Below, in pieces: positions 19,424 through 32,369 of a DNA stretch of 64,000 bases; position 1 is the stretch's first letter; each line of letters starts with the position of its first letter. Under the pieces are notes generated by a model. That model made no database searches, was not told the origin of the DNA, and saw only the letters and a list, made by a program, of their open reading frames with translations. Source of the DNA: Candidatus Eiseniibacteriota bacterium (GTDB taxonomy: Bacteria > Eisenbacteria > RBG-16-71-46 > JABDJR01); assembly GCA_963783375.1 (NCBI GenBank), contig CAWANH010000029.1, forward strand, positions 128,001 through 192,000, in the 5' to 3' direction. The position numbers and the translations under genes are program-made.

Positions 19424-20359
19424 ATGAACCGGACGCGCGCGCAGCGGGGGATGGGCGCGCTTCTCCTTCTCACCGCGGTCGCGGCGGGCTGCGCCTCCCG
19501 GGCCGGAACGCCGCCCGCCTCCGGCCTCTCCGCCGGGACCGCGATCTGGTGGCCGGCCGGGCCCCCCGCGGATCGATGGTTTCCGGTGGCCGCGCTCTCC
19601 CTTCCCAACGGAAAGCTGGCGGTGGCAGAGACCAACCAGAACCGGATCTTCCTCCTGGACGACCCCGGCGCGGTTCCGTTCCGGCTCCCCGCTCCCGGTC
19701 GCTCCCCGCTGGAGTGGACCGCCCTCGCCCCGGCTCCCGGCCTCTCCTTCTACGCCCTGGACGGACCGGGGCGGTTGATCCAGCAGTACGACCTCCAGGG
19801 AAACTACCTGGGGCTGGCCCTCGACCTGAACACGGTGGCCCTGGACCACGATCTCGGAACGGTGGAGCCGGCGGGGCTGGCGGTGGACCGCACCGGCCAC
19901 GCGGTGGTGACCGATCGGGTCGGGGACCGGCTCCTGGTGTTCGGCCCGGGGTGGATCTTCCTGGGAGTGTGGGGGCAGAGCGGCTCCGAGGCCGGCTCGT
20001 GGCGCCGGCCGGGGCGGGTGGCGGTGGGAGACCGGCCGCCCTTCCTGGTGGCCGACGAGGGGAACCGGCGGGCGGTGCTTCTGGACGGTCTCGGGGAGGT
20101 GCTGGGCGTCTGGGAGAGCCCGGACGCGCCCCGGGGGGTGGCGGTGCTCGGCCCCGGCCTCTACGCGGTGAGCGAGGGGAGTCGCGTGCATCTCTTCGGT
20201 CGGGGCTTCATCCCGGATCGGACCCTGGAGCTTCCCGTCGCGGACGGTTGCGCGGGCCGGGGATACGCCACCACCGCCCTCACCGGCAACGACGAGAACC
20301 TGTTCCTGGGAGACGGCTGCTCGGGGCGCGTGGCGGAGCTCCGGCGACCCGGGAGTTGA
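19424..20359 (+). CDS. NHL-repeat beta-propeller lipoprotein
   Basis: Lipobox AAG|C; PAGLAVD...VVTD and P.RVAV...LVADEGNRR NHL motifs. Confidence 0.75.
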   Translation: MNRTRAQRGMGALLLLTAVAAGCASRAGTPPASGLSAGTAIWWPAGPPADRWFPVAALSLPNGKLAVAETNQNRIFLLDDPGAVPFRLPAPGRSPLEWTALAPAPGLSFYALDGPGRLIQQYDLQGNYLGLALDLNTVALDHDLGTVEPAGLAVDRTGHAVVTDRVGDRLLVFGPGWIFLGVWGQSGSEAGSWRRPGRVAVGDRPPFLVADEGNRRAVLLDGLGEVLGVWESPDAPRGVAVLGPGLYAVSEGSRVHLFGRGFIPDRTLELPVADGCAGRGYATTALTGNDENLFLGDGCSGRVAELRRPGS

Positions 20360-20361
20360 CG

Positions 20362-23300
20362 GTGTCGGCCCGCGCCTGGATGGGGGGGGCGATGATCGCG
20401 GCCGGCGTGCTCGGCGCGGGCGCGGCCCGGGCCCAGTCCGGCCTCCCTCCGCTGGTCACCGACACCCTCTTCGTGGATCCCGGGGAGCGGGTCGTCTGCC
20501 TGAACCGCCCGTTCATCCTGGCCTCGACCTTCTCGCTCCGAGACCGGGGGCGCACCCTGGACCCGGGCGCCGACTACCTCCTCGACGCCGATTCCGGCTG
20601 CTTCACCCTCATGGTCGCCGATACCCTGGTGGGCGCGCAGGTCCTGGTGGCCTCGTTCCGGGCGCTCCCCATGACCCTCCAGGGAATCTACCGGCTCCGC
20701 GAGGATCCCCATCTCCGCGAGACCGGGACCTCCGCCCCCACCGACACCCTCGCCCGCCCCCCGACCCCGTTCAATCCCGAAGAGGAGACCCGGGGTCTCG
20801 ACATCTCCGGGAGCAAGACCTTCGGCGTCACCATCGGGAACCGGCAGGATCTGAAGCTTCGCCAGAGCCTCGACCTTCGCCTCTCCGGACAGGTCACCCA
20901 CGACGTATCGCTGTTGGCCATCCTCTCCGACCAGGACCTGCCGTTCCAGCCCCAGGGGAACACCGCGGAGCTGAGTGAGCTGGACCGGGTGCTGGTGCAG
21001 ATCCGGTCTAACCGCGCCGCGGCCAGCCTGGGGGACGTGAGCCTGGGGGTCACCGGGTATTCGTTCCTGGAGCTGAGCCGGGAGCTGGAGGGCCTGACCG
21101 CGGAGGCGACCCTGGGAGAGACCCGGACCCGGGCCGCCGCCGCCTCGGCCAAGGGCGAGTTCACCAGCCGGCAGTTCTTCGGGGTGGACGGGAAGCAGGG
21201 GCCCTACCTGCTCACCGACCGGGCCGACTCCACCGACATCGTGGTGGTGGCGGGTTCGGAGAAGATCTGGCTGGACGGAACGCTCCTCTCCCGCGGGGAG
21301 GAGGCGGACTACGTCGTCGACTATTCGTTGGGAGAGATCTCCTTCACCAGCCGTCACGTCATCACCGCCAACTCCGAGATCACGGTGGACTACCAGGTGG
21401 CCAGCTCCCGCTACCGGCGCCGGGTGACCTTCGCCGAGACCCGGACGGCGATGGGGCGGGCGGGAACCCTTCGCGCGGCGTACTTCGGCGAGGGGGACGA
21501 CGCCAACAACCCGTTCGGGGGGGAGCTCACCGCCGGGGAGCGGGCGGAGCTGGCCGCCCTGGGCGACTCCGCCCGGATCTCGGGGGGTACGCGATACGTG
21601 GGCCCGGGGAACGGCGGTGACTACCAGCTGGTGGTGGACCCCGAGACCGGCCACGACATCTACGTCTACGTGGAGGGCGCGGGGGACTACCAGGTCACCT
21701 TCGTGGACGTGGGAGAGGGGAAGGGGGAGTACGAGGTGGATCCCGAATCCCCGACCGGGAAGACGGTGTACCGGTACGTGGGTCCCGGCCAGGGGAGGTT
21801 CGTCCCCCGGCGCGATCTGCCCCCCCCGGAGCGGAAACGGCTGACCGATCTCCGGTGGGAGCTCCGTGGGACCGGCGGCCTGGTCACCGTGGAGGGCGCG
21901 GTTTCCCGGGCCGACGCCAACACCCTGAGCCCCCTGGGGGACGGGAACAACCAGGGGGGCGCGCTGATCGCCGAAGGACGGCTCCGGTCGGTGGAGACGG
22001 GTGCGCTCTCCTTCTCCCCCGGCTTCAAGGTGCGCCGGGTGGGGGGGGACTTCCGAAGCCCCGGCCGCATCCACCCCGCGTTCTACAGCCGGGAGTGGAA
22101 CCTCACCGGCTCGGAGGAATTCCGGGACGAGTCGCTCCAGGAGGGATCGCTCACCACCCGATGGGGGGAGCGTCTGCGCTGGGAGGCGACCGCCGCCCGC
22201 CTGGCCGCCGCCGACACCTTCAGCGCGGTGCGACAGAGCCAGACCCTCACCTGGAGCGACGCGTGGGTGGCCGGGAACGCGGGGTGGCGGACCGCCGACA
22301 ACCGGGTGAACGGGACGTCGGGGAAGCTGGTGAACACCGGCGGGGAGATCCTGCTCCGGCGCTGGACCGTCCAGCCCCGGGTGAGCGGTCTGAACGAGAC
22401 CCGACGGCGCGCCCTCGGCGGGGGCGAGCGGCACCGCCAGTGGGACGCGGCGCTGCTCTTTCCCTCGGCGTTCTGGCCGGTGGACGCCGAGGTCGGCGCG
22501 GGACGGCGCCTCGACGATTCCCTCGCCGTGGTCGACGGTTCCTGGCGTTCCGCCCTGGACACCCGAAGCATCCACGGAAGCGTCACCGGCCGGACGGGGA
22601 GCGTCGGCTTCCTCCTTCGCTACGAGGCGCGCCGGGTGACCCGGGACGGGGTGGGAACCGAGCGCCGGGACCTCGGGCGGTTGGACCTCCGCCAGCAGGC
22701 GGTGGAAGGGGCGTGGTCCGCCGTTCTCACCGCGGACATCGGGACCGAGGGGGTGCGCCGCCGGACCAAGGAGATCGTGCCCGCGGCCTCGGACAGCGCC
22801 GGCTACTTCGACCGCTTCGGAAACTATGTGGGACCGGGGGGCGGCTACGACGTGGTCTACGGTCCGCGCGGGGACGAGGTCCTCTCCGGCACCGTGAACC
22901 TCACCTCGCGCTTCCGCTGGTCGCCGCCGGGAGGAAAGAGCCGCTTACCGGCCTGGCTCACCCGCCTGGCCTGGGAAGGCTACCTGAACCTCATCGAGTC
23001 CTCGACGTTGCCGCTCACCACCCCGCGGTATTTCCTGAACCCCGGGTCCTACCTCTCCAAGGCCACCACCCTGAACGGACGGCTGGCCGAACGGCAGACC
23101 CTGGACCTCTTTCCCCTCCATCGCGGCGCCGGGCTCCGCCTGGCCCAGGCGACCGACCGGACCCTCACCCAGAGTCCGGAGAGCACGAGCGGCGACACCC
23201 GCCTGGTCGAGACCTCGGTGGAGGACACCTACACCGCGACCCTGCGCCTGAACCCCGGTCCGGGCTGGGATACCGAGGCCGAAGCCTCCTACGGCGATCG

Positions 23301-23739
23301 CCGCGAAGGGGTGGACCTGGGAGTGGGGGGCTCTTTCGAGCAGGCGACCCGGCTTCGCACCGCCACCGCGCGCGGGGGGCGGAAGCTCGCGGTGGGCGGG
23401 GGGAACGGCCGCGCGTCGGGGGAGGTTTCCTACAGCGTGGAGAAGGGCTCCGGGCGGGAAGGGCGGGCCTGGGTCTGGCGCCCGAGGCTCCAGTGGTCGC
23501 TCCCCCGGGTGGGGCGCCTCGACGCCCGCTACACCCGAACCGACTTCACCCTCCGCGAGGGCTTCACCGGCTTCCGCGGTCCCGGCGCGCCCGCCCTCAC
23601 CGAGGGGTGGCGGCTGGACGTGATCGGCGAGGCCCGGGTGAAGGAAGGGGTCACCCTGACCCTGGCCGTGGCTCTCGATCATCCCACCGGGTTGAGCGAG
23701 GTGCGTGAGGGGCGGATGGAAGTGAGAGGATCCTTCTGA
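20362..23739 (+). CDS. Large conserved outer-membrane protein with SprA-like motifs
   Basis: GTG after GGGAG; signal peptide; SGSKTFG...QSLDLRLSG, GSEKIWLDG.LL.RGE..DYVVDYSLGEI.F; alternating beta strands; C-terminal F. Confidence 0.7.
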   Translation: MSARAWMGGAMIAAGVLGAGAARAQSGLPPLVTDTLFVDPGERVVCLNRPFILASTFSLRDRGRTLDPGADYLLDADSGCFTLMVADTLVGAQVLVASFRALPMTLQGIYRLREDPHLRETGTSAPTDTLARPPTPFNPEEETRGLDISGSKTFGVTIGNRQDLKLRQSLDLRLSGQVTHDVSLLAILSDQDLPFQPQGNTAELSELDRVLVQIRSNRAAASLGDVSLGVTGYSFLELSRELEGLTAEATLGETRTRAAAASAKGEFTSRQFFGVDGKQGPYLLTDRADSTDIVVVAGSEKIWLDGTLLSRGEEADYVVDYSLGEISFTSRHVITANSEITVDYQVASSRYRRRVTFAETRTAMGRAGTLRAAYFGEGDDANNPFGGELTAGERAELAALGDSARISGGTRYVGPGNGGDYQLVVDPETGHDIYVYVEGAGDYQVTFVDVGEGKGEYEVDPESPTGKTVYRYVGPGQGRFVPRRDLPPPERKRLTDLRWELRGTGGLVTVEGAVSRADANTLSPLGDGNNQGGALIAEGRLRSVETGALSFSPGFKVRRVGGDFRSPGRIHPAFYSREWNLTGSEEFRDESLQEGSLTTRWGERLRWEATAARLAAADTFSAVRQSQTLTWSDAWVAGNAGWRTADNRVNGTSGKLVNTGGEILLRRWTVQPRVSGLNETRRRALGGGERHRQWDAALLFPSAFWPVDAEVGAGRRLDDSLAVVDGSWRSALDTRSIHGSVTGRTGSVGFLLRYEARRVTRDGVGTERRDLGRLDLRQQAVEGAWSAVLTADIGTEGVRRRTKEIVPAASDSAGYFDRFGNYVGPGGGYDVVYGPRGDEVLSGTVNLTSRFRWSPPGGKSRLPAWLTRLAWEGYLNLIESSTLPLTTPRYFLNPGSYLSKATTLNGRLAERQTLDLFPLHRGAGLRLAQATDRTLTQSPESTSGDTRLVETSVEDTYTATLRLNPGPGWDTEAEASYGDRREGVDLGVGGSFEQATRLRTATARGGRKLAVGGGNGRASGEVSYSVEKGSGREGRAWVWRPRLQWSLPRVGRLDARYTRTDFTLREGFTGFRGPGAPALTEGWRLDVIGEARVKEGVTLTLAVALDHPTGLSEVREGRMEVRGSF

Positions 23740-25237
23740 TGCGGGGGGCGCGCCGCGCGGCCACGGCGCTCTTCCCGGTCGCCGCCGTGGTGGGGGCGCT
23801 CCTCCTCGCCGTCCCCGCCCGGGCCGACGAAGTCCTGCGCTGGGGTGGGGTCGAGGTGCGCTGCTCCTCCCCCGCGGACTCGATCGCGTTTCTGGAGGCC
23901 CTGGATCTCGAGGGCCGGCCGGTGGCCGGGGCGTCCCTGGACGCCGCGATCCGCCGGGGGCTCGACGCCCTGGCCGAACGGGGGCATCCCTTCGCCGAGG
24001 CGCGGCCCGGAGGTTTCGCGCTCGAAGATGGCCGCCTCACCGGGCGTATCCGGCTCGATGCGGGCGTTGCCGCCCGGCTCGACGGCCTGGTGCTTCCCGG
24101 GGCCGAGGTCACCTCGGTCTCCACCGCCCTCCGCCTGGCCGGAATCACCCGCGGCGAGCTCTATACCGGAGACGCCGATCGGCGGGTGCGCGACCGCCTG
24201 GCCCGGTCCGGCCTCTTCACCTCGGTGGGGGAGCCGGTGCTCGAGCCCGGCCTCGCCCCCGACGCGGTGCTTCTGAAGCTCCCGGTGACCGAGCCCCCCT
24301 ACACCCGGTTCTCGGGGATCCTGGGGGTGAGCGGGCGGAACTCGAAGCTCACCGGGCTGGTGGATCTCGATCTGGCCAACCTCGGCGGGACCGCCCGCCA
24401 CGCCGCGGGCCGGTGGGAGAGCCGCGGAAACGGGCTCACCCGCTACAACCTCTCCTACCGCGAGCCCTGGCTCCCCCTCATCCCGGTGGGGGTGGAGGGA
24501 GCCCTCGCTCATGACGTGAATGAAGGCGTGTATTCGCATACCACATGGGAGGTTAGTGGTGTCGTACAATGGGCGGGAATCTGGACCTTCCGCCTGGGGC
24601 GGGGGGAAGCCGGGCGGTGGACGCCGGCACCGCCGCCGGCGACGTTTCCGAGGGATTCACCCTGGCCGGAATCGAGCTCGACCGGCGGAACTCGGTCCTC
24701 GTCCCTACCGCGGGCTACCGGCTGGGGCTCACCAGCCGCCGGGGGATCAAACGCTACACCCCCGCCGGCGACTCGCTCCGGGTGCGGATCGACCGGACCC
24801 GTTGGGACGTCGAAGGGGACGGGTACCGGCGGGTCGGCCGTCGCTGGCTGGCCGCGGTCACCGCGAACTTCCGGTACCTGGAGACCCCCGAGGACTCCCT
24901 TCCCCGCTACGACCTGTTCGCGGTGGGGGGGGCGGCTTCCCTTCGGGGCTACCGCGAGGAGCAGTTTCTCACCCCGGGAGCCTTCGTCCTCCAGGTGGAG
25001 TGGCGGTGGCTTCAGGATGACCGGGGCTCCGCCCTGTACCTCTTCGACGACCTCGGTTTCATCTCGCCGCGGGAGGGCCGGAGCCTCCGCGACACCTTCC
25101 ACACCTTCCTCATGGGGACCGGGGTGGGGGTCCGTCAGGCCTCGAAGCTCGGCGTTCTCGGGGTGGAGTACGGGGTGGCCAAGGGGGAGAATCCCCTCGA
25201 CGGCCGCATTCACCTCCGGGTGGACGCGGTGTTCTGA
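23739..25237 (+). CDS. Omp85 (BamA/TamA-family) protein, POTRA plus barrel; frameshift near 24600
   Basis: N half: GHPFA, LARSGLF, NLGGTAR, YREPW. C half in another frame: GGAASLRGYREEQF, ends DAVF. The join needs one extra G in the G-run at 24596-24606. Confidence 0.8.
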
Positions 25238-25255
25238 TCGCGGGCGGAGCGGCGG

Positions 25256-26302
25256 CTACTTGGGCGAAGCGCCGGCGCCGGGAAGCTCCTTCAGCGCCTG
25301 CTCGGCCACGTTTCGCACCTGGGGCTCGGAATCGTGGACCGCCCGCTCGAGGGCCGCGCGGACCGCGGGATCCTCGGGGGCGATCTGGGGGAGCACGCGC
25401 ACCACCGACGTCCGGACCGCGGCGTCCTTCCCCGTATCCGCCAGCCTGATCAGCGCGGGGATGGCGCTTTCGGCCCCGGGGCCGATCCGCCCCAGGCACA
25501 CCGCGGTCATCATCACCAGGCTCGGATCGGGATCGTCCAGGACGTCGATCAGGGTGGGGACCGAGGGCGCCGCTCCCGGCCCCATCCGGGCCAGCTCCTG
25601 GGCCGCGCGCATGCGGTCCATCTTCGCACCGCTCTTCATGATCTCGGCCAGAGCGGGGCCGGTCCGCCCGTACCCCTCGCCCAGGGTCGCGGCCACGTCC
25701 ATGGCCCGGTACCGGGTTCCCCAGTCCGGGTTCTTGAAGTCCGCGATCAGCGAGTCCAGGGTGATGTAGGGCACCGCGTCGGAGCCGCTCGTCCACTTCG
25801 GCTTCCCGAGCCGGTAGAGGTCCGCGGTCGACGAGAGCGCCCGGTTGGTCCGGGTGCAGTCGTCGGTCCAGAGCACCCCGTCCCGGTCGTAGGCGAACAC
25901 CAGGTAGACCTCACCACCGATGAATTCGGAGCCGCAACCCTCGACGTCCCGGTAGCTCCGGACCCGGAGCGTATCTGCCGCCCGGCCCTTCCACACCCGC
26001 TCGGTCCTGAAGACGTAGTCGAAGACGAGGCCGGTGGGGGGGACGGGGGCGGAGAGCGGGATGGGATCCTTGGAACGGAGGAAGGTCCCGGCGAAGATCG
26101 CGGCCGCCTTGTCGAGGCAGTCCTTCACCGGTGGGCGGGGTTCGCCGCCGATGCCGTAGGACACCGACATCGGGATCGCTCCGATGCGATGGGACGCCTG
26201 GGTGGAGTCGGTCGGGGTTCTCGCCGCGCAGTTGCACTGGGCGGCGGCGCGGCCCGGCCCGAGAACGGCCAGGAAGGCGACGACGAGGGCGAACGCTTTC
26301 AT
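25256..26302 (-). CDS. Secreted protein with TIMP/NTR-like N-terminal domain and HEAT repeats
   Basis: Signal peptide then QCNC; AIFAGT, VERVWKG-like motif, CG..F..GEVYLVFA, DDCTRT; AVPTLIDVL.D.D and AIPALIRL HEAT repeats. Confidence 0.7.
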   Translation of the reverse strand: MKAFALVVAFLAVLGPGRAAAQCNCAARTPTDSTQASHRIGAIPMSVSYGIGGEPRPPVKDCLDKAAAIFAGTFLRSKDPIPLSAPVPPTGLVFDYVFRTERVWKGRAADTLRVRSYRDVEGCGSEFIGGEVYLVFAYDRDGVLWTDDCTRTNRALSSTADLYRLGKPKWTSGSDAVPYITLDSLIADFKNPDWGTRYRAMDVAATLGEGYGRTGPALAEIMKSGAKMDRMRAAQELARMGPGAAPSVPTLIDVLDDPDPSLVMMTAVCLGRIGPGAESAIPALIRLADTGKDAAVRTSVVRVLPQIAPEDPAVRAALERAVHDSEPQVRNVAEQALKELPGAGASPK

Positions 26303-26304
26303 GA

Positions 26305-28398
<2,094 letters not shown>

Positions 28399-28450
28399 CC
28401 GGCCGCCCGCCCGTCGATGCCCACGCTCCCGTCCGGAAAGCGAGCCGATC

Positions 28451-30645
28451 GTGACCTACAACGCCGAGCTCATCCCCGATCTCCTGGGGCCGGAAGGGCC
28501 TCTGGCCGCCGGGCTCACGCCCTACGAGGACCGCCCCTACCAGCGGGAGCTGGCCCTGGAGGTGGCGCGGCTCCTGGAGGACGGCGGGTATCTCGCCGCC
28601 GAGGCCCCCACCGGGATCGGGAAGTCCCTGGGCTACGGCCTCCCCGCCGCCGCCTGGGCCGCCGCGGGTCACGGGCCGGTGGTGATCTCCACCCAGACCA
28701 AGGCGCTCCAGACCCAGCTCCTGGAACTGGAAGCCCCCCGGCTGGCCCTGGCGGTGGGGGGGACCCTGGCGGTGGAGGCGCTGAAGGGGCGCGCCAACTA
28801 TCTCTGTCGCCGCCGCTACGAGGCGGCCTCCGCCGAGGCCTCGGGGGAGGCGACGCAGGCGCTCCTCAACCGGCTACGCCGGTGGGTGGAGACCACCCGA
28901 ACCGGCGACCTGGCCGAGGCGGGGGAGCGGAACCCGCGCGACCTCCAGTTCCTCCACTCGCGGGTGGCCGGGGATCCGCGCTTCTGCGCCGGGCCGTCCT
29001 GCACTCCCCAGTCCGGCTGCTTCTTCAAGGCGGCGCGGGCGCGGGCGGCCAAGGCGGACCTGTTGGTGGTGAACCACGCGCTCTTGGCCATCCATCTCTT
29101 CGGCGGGGGGAACTCCTCCCCACCCATCGGGCGCTCATCGTGGATGAGGCCCACGCCTTCGTGCGGGTGGCCCTGGACCACCTCGGGGTGGGGGTGGGGC
29201 CGGCGCGGGTGGCGGCGCTGGTGGAGAGCGCCCCGGGCTCCGACGGCATCCTCCCCGAGGCGGCGCGGGATGGGGTGGGGCAGTCGCGCCTCACCGCGCT
29301 CCGCCGTTCCCTCGCCGCCATGGAGCGCGCGTCGCGCGAGTACTTCGGAAAGCAGAACGGCGGCCGGGGAGCCGGGGACGACCGCCGCCGCTACCGGTCG
29401 CCGGAGGATCTGGTCCGGCTCTGTCCGCTCACCCCGGAGCCGCTGGTGGACGCCCTGGGGACCCTTCACGCCGACGCCCGATCGCTCCAGGGTTTCGCGG
29501 ACGGCGAGGGCGCGGGCGGCGATCCCGAGGGCGCGTTCCTGGTCGAGGTCCAGCGGTTCGTCGAGGAGACCGCGGCCTTCCGGAAGGATCTCGACGATCT
29601 TCTCCATCCCGATTCCTCCGACCGCGAGCGGGTGACCTGGAAGGAATGGGGCGCCGACGACGCCTTCTCTCTCAACGCGTCGCCCCTGGAGATCGGCGGC
29701 CCCCTGGCCGCGGCCCTGGAGGAGGGCCCCGACCGGGTGGTCTTCACCTCGGCCACCCTGGCCGCGGGGAAGGACTTCTCCTACTTCGCCCGGGAGGTGG
29801 GGCTCTTCGACCGTCTCCACGCGGTGGCCTACCCCTCCCCGTTCCGGTTCGAGGAGCAGGCGCTGGCGGTGGCGGTTCGCCGCGGTCCCGATCCGCGGGA
29901 GCGGGGATGGGCCGAGGCCACCGCTGCGACCCTGGACGCCCTGCTCCGGGATCCGGCCCGGAAGACCATGGCGCTCTTCACCTCCTATCGCGACCTCGAT
30001 CAGGTGCACGCCGCCCTCACCGGGCGCTCCGGAGGGAAGCGCGCGAGCTACGAGGATCCCTTCGCGGGGTCGGGGGCCCAGATGACCCTGGACGAGGCCG
30101 GCAAGCCGGCGCCGCCGGAGCGCGCCCCGAACCGGAAGGGCCGCGAACCGGACTACCTGGTGCTGGCCCAGGGCTCGGGGGGAACCGCCGCCGATCTCCT
30201 CACCGCCTTCCGGCGGGCGGAGCGGGCGCTCCTCCTGGGGACCGCGAGTTTCTGGGAGGGGGTGGATCTCCCCGGCGACGACCTGGAGGTGCTGGTGCTG
30301 ACCCGGCTCCCCTTCGGCGTTCCCACCGATCCCCGCTACCAGGCCCGGGCCGAGCGGCTGGAGGCGGAGGGGGGGAAGCCCTTCATGGATCTCTACCTCC
30401 CCGAGGCGGTGCTACGTTTCAAGCAGGGCTTCGGGCGCCTGATCCGCCGTCGCTCCGACCGCGGCATCGTGGCCGTGCTCGACCCGCGGTTTCTGGGCAA
30501 GGGGTACGGCCGCCGCTTCGCCGACGCACTGCCGCTTCCGGTCACCGCGGTACCCGACGGGACCGCCCTGGCCCGCGCCGCGGCCGCGTGGTGGGCGCGC
30601 GGAGGGGAGGCGGGCCGCCTTGGAGGGACGGAGCCGCTTCGGTAG
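28451..30645 (+). CDS. DinG/YoaA-family ATP-dependent helicase; frameshift near 29105-29110
   Basis: [24 protein letters not shown] in one frame; [23 protein letters not shown] in the other; shift falls in a G6 run. Confidence 0.88.
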
Positions 30646-30697
30646 ACTGGAACCCCACCGGTCTCCGGCCGGAGGCCACGAGAAAGGACAGCTTCCC

Positions 30698-32365
30698 ATG
30701 AGCGACGCGACCACCGCGCGCATCGTGCGCGCTCCCCGCGGCACCGCGATCTCCTGCAAGGGCTGGGCCCAGGAGGCGGCGCTCCGGATGATCATGAACA
30801 ACCTCGACCCCGAGGTGGCCGAGCGCCCCGAGGACCTCGTGGTCTACGGCGGCACCGGCCGCGCCGCCCGGAGCTGGGAGGCCTTCGACGCCATCCTCCG
30901 CACCCTCAAGAGCCTCGGGTCCGACGAGACCCTGCTCGTCCAGAGCGGGAAACCGGTGGCGGTGTTCCGCACCCATCCCGACGCCCCCCGGGTCCTGATC
31001 GCCAACTCCAACCTGGTGGGCAAGTGGGCGACCTGGGAGCACTTCCGTGAGCTGGAGCGGAAGGGTCTCATGATGTACGGCCAGATGACCGCGGGGTCCT
31101 GGATCTACATCGGGACCCAGGGGATCGTCCAGGGCACCTTCGAGACCTTCGCCGAGGCCTCGAGGCAGCGATGCGGGGGCGACATGAGCGGGCAGATCCT
31201 GTTGACCGCCGGCCTCGGCGGGATGGGCGGCGCCCAGCCCCTGGCCGTGACCATGAACGGGGGGGTGTGCCTGGCGGTGGAGGTGGACGCCGAGCGCATG
31301 CGCCGCCGGATCGACACCGGCTACCTGATGGAATCCACCGAGTCCATCGACGACGCGGTGAAGCGGGTGGAAGCGGCGCGGGAGGAGAAGCGAGCGGTTT
31401 CGGTGGGCCTGCTCGGGAACGCGGCCGAGGTCCTCCCCGAGCTTCTCCGGCGGGGGTTCCGGCCGGAGTACGTGACCGACCAGACCTCGGCCCACGACGA
31501 GCTGAACGGCTACGTCCCCCACGGGATGCCCTACATGAACGCCCTGGCCCTCAGGGAATCCGATCCGCCCGCCTACGTGGAACGCTCGATGGCCTCGATG
31601 GCCGAGCACGTCCGGGCCATGCTGGACTTCCAGTCCGCGGGCGCGGTCGTCTTCGACTATGGAAACAATATTCGCGGCCAGGCCGAAAAAGCCGGGGTCG
31701 CGAACGCGTTCGATTTCCCCGGATTCGTCCCCGCCTTCATCCGCCCGCTCTTCTGCCGGGGGAAGGGGCCCTTTCGCTGGGTGGCCCTCTCCGGAGATCC
31801 CGAGGACATCCGCGCCACCGACGAGGCGCTCCTGGCCGCCTTTCCCGACGACGAGGTCCTCGCCCGCTGGCTCCCCCTGGCCGCCGAGCACGTGCGCTTC
31901 CAGGGGCTCCCCTCCCGGATCTGCTGGCTGGGGTACGGCGAGCGGGCCAAGGCCGGGCTCCTCTTCAACGACCTGGTGGCAAGCGGGCGGGTGAAGGCGC
32001 CGATCGTGATCGGGCGCGACCACCTCGACACCGGCTCGGTGGCCAGCCCCTACCGCGAGACCGAGGCCATGAAGGACGGCACCGACGCGGTGGCCGACTG
32101 GCCGATCCTGAACGCCCTCCTCAACACCGCTTCCGGAGCGACCTGGGTGTCGTTCCACCATGGCGGGGGGGTGGGGATGGGGCTCTCCCTTCACGCCGGA
32201 ATGGTGATCGTGGCCGACGGCACCCCCGAGGCGGCGGCGCGCCTCGAGCGGGTGCTCACCAACGACCCCGGGACCGGGGTGGTGCGCCACGCCGACGCCG
32301 GCTACGAGGAGGCGCGCGAAGTGGCCCGGGCCAAGGGCATCCGCATGCCGATGGCGGAGGGGTAG
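30698..32365 (+). CDS. hutU: Urocanate hydratase
   Basis: [42 protein letters not shown]. Confidence 0.98.
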   Translation: MSDATTARIVRAPRGTAISCKGWAQEAALRMIMNNLDPEVAERPEDLVVYGGTGRAARSWEAFDAILRTLKSLGSDETLLVQSGKPVAVFRTHPDAPRVLIANSNLVGKWATWEHFRELERKGLMMYGQMTAGSWIYIGTQGIVQGTFETFAEASRQRCGGDMSGQILLTAGLGGMGGAQPLAVTMNGGVCLAVEVDAERMRRRIDTGYLMESTESIDDAVKRVEAAREEKRAVSVGLLGNAAEVLPELLRRGFRPEYVTDQTSAHDELNGYVPHGMPYMNALALRESDPPAYVERSMASMAEHVRAMLDFQSAGAVVFDYGNNIRGQAEKAGVANAFDFPGFVPAFIRPLFCRGKGPFRWVALSGDPEDIRATDEALLAAFPDDEVLARWLPLAAEHVRFQGLPSRICWLGYGERAKAGLLFNDLVASGRVKAPIVIGRDHLDTGSVASPYRETEAMKDGTDAVADWPILNALLNTASGATWVSFHHGGGVGMGLSLHAGMVIVADGTPEAAARLERVLTNDPGTGVVRHADAGYEEAREVARAKGIRMPMAEG

Positions 32366-32369
32366 GGCC

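Noticed and set aside
24531-24558. dif-like site (TATTCGCATAC resembles a XerC arm)
   Set aside because: The XerD arm (TTATGTTAAAT) matches poorly and the site is intragenic
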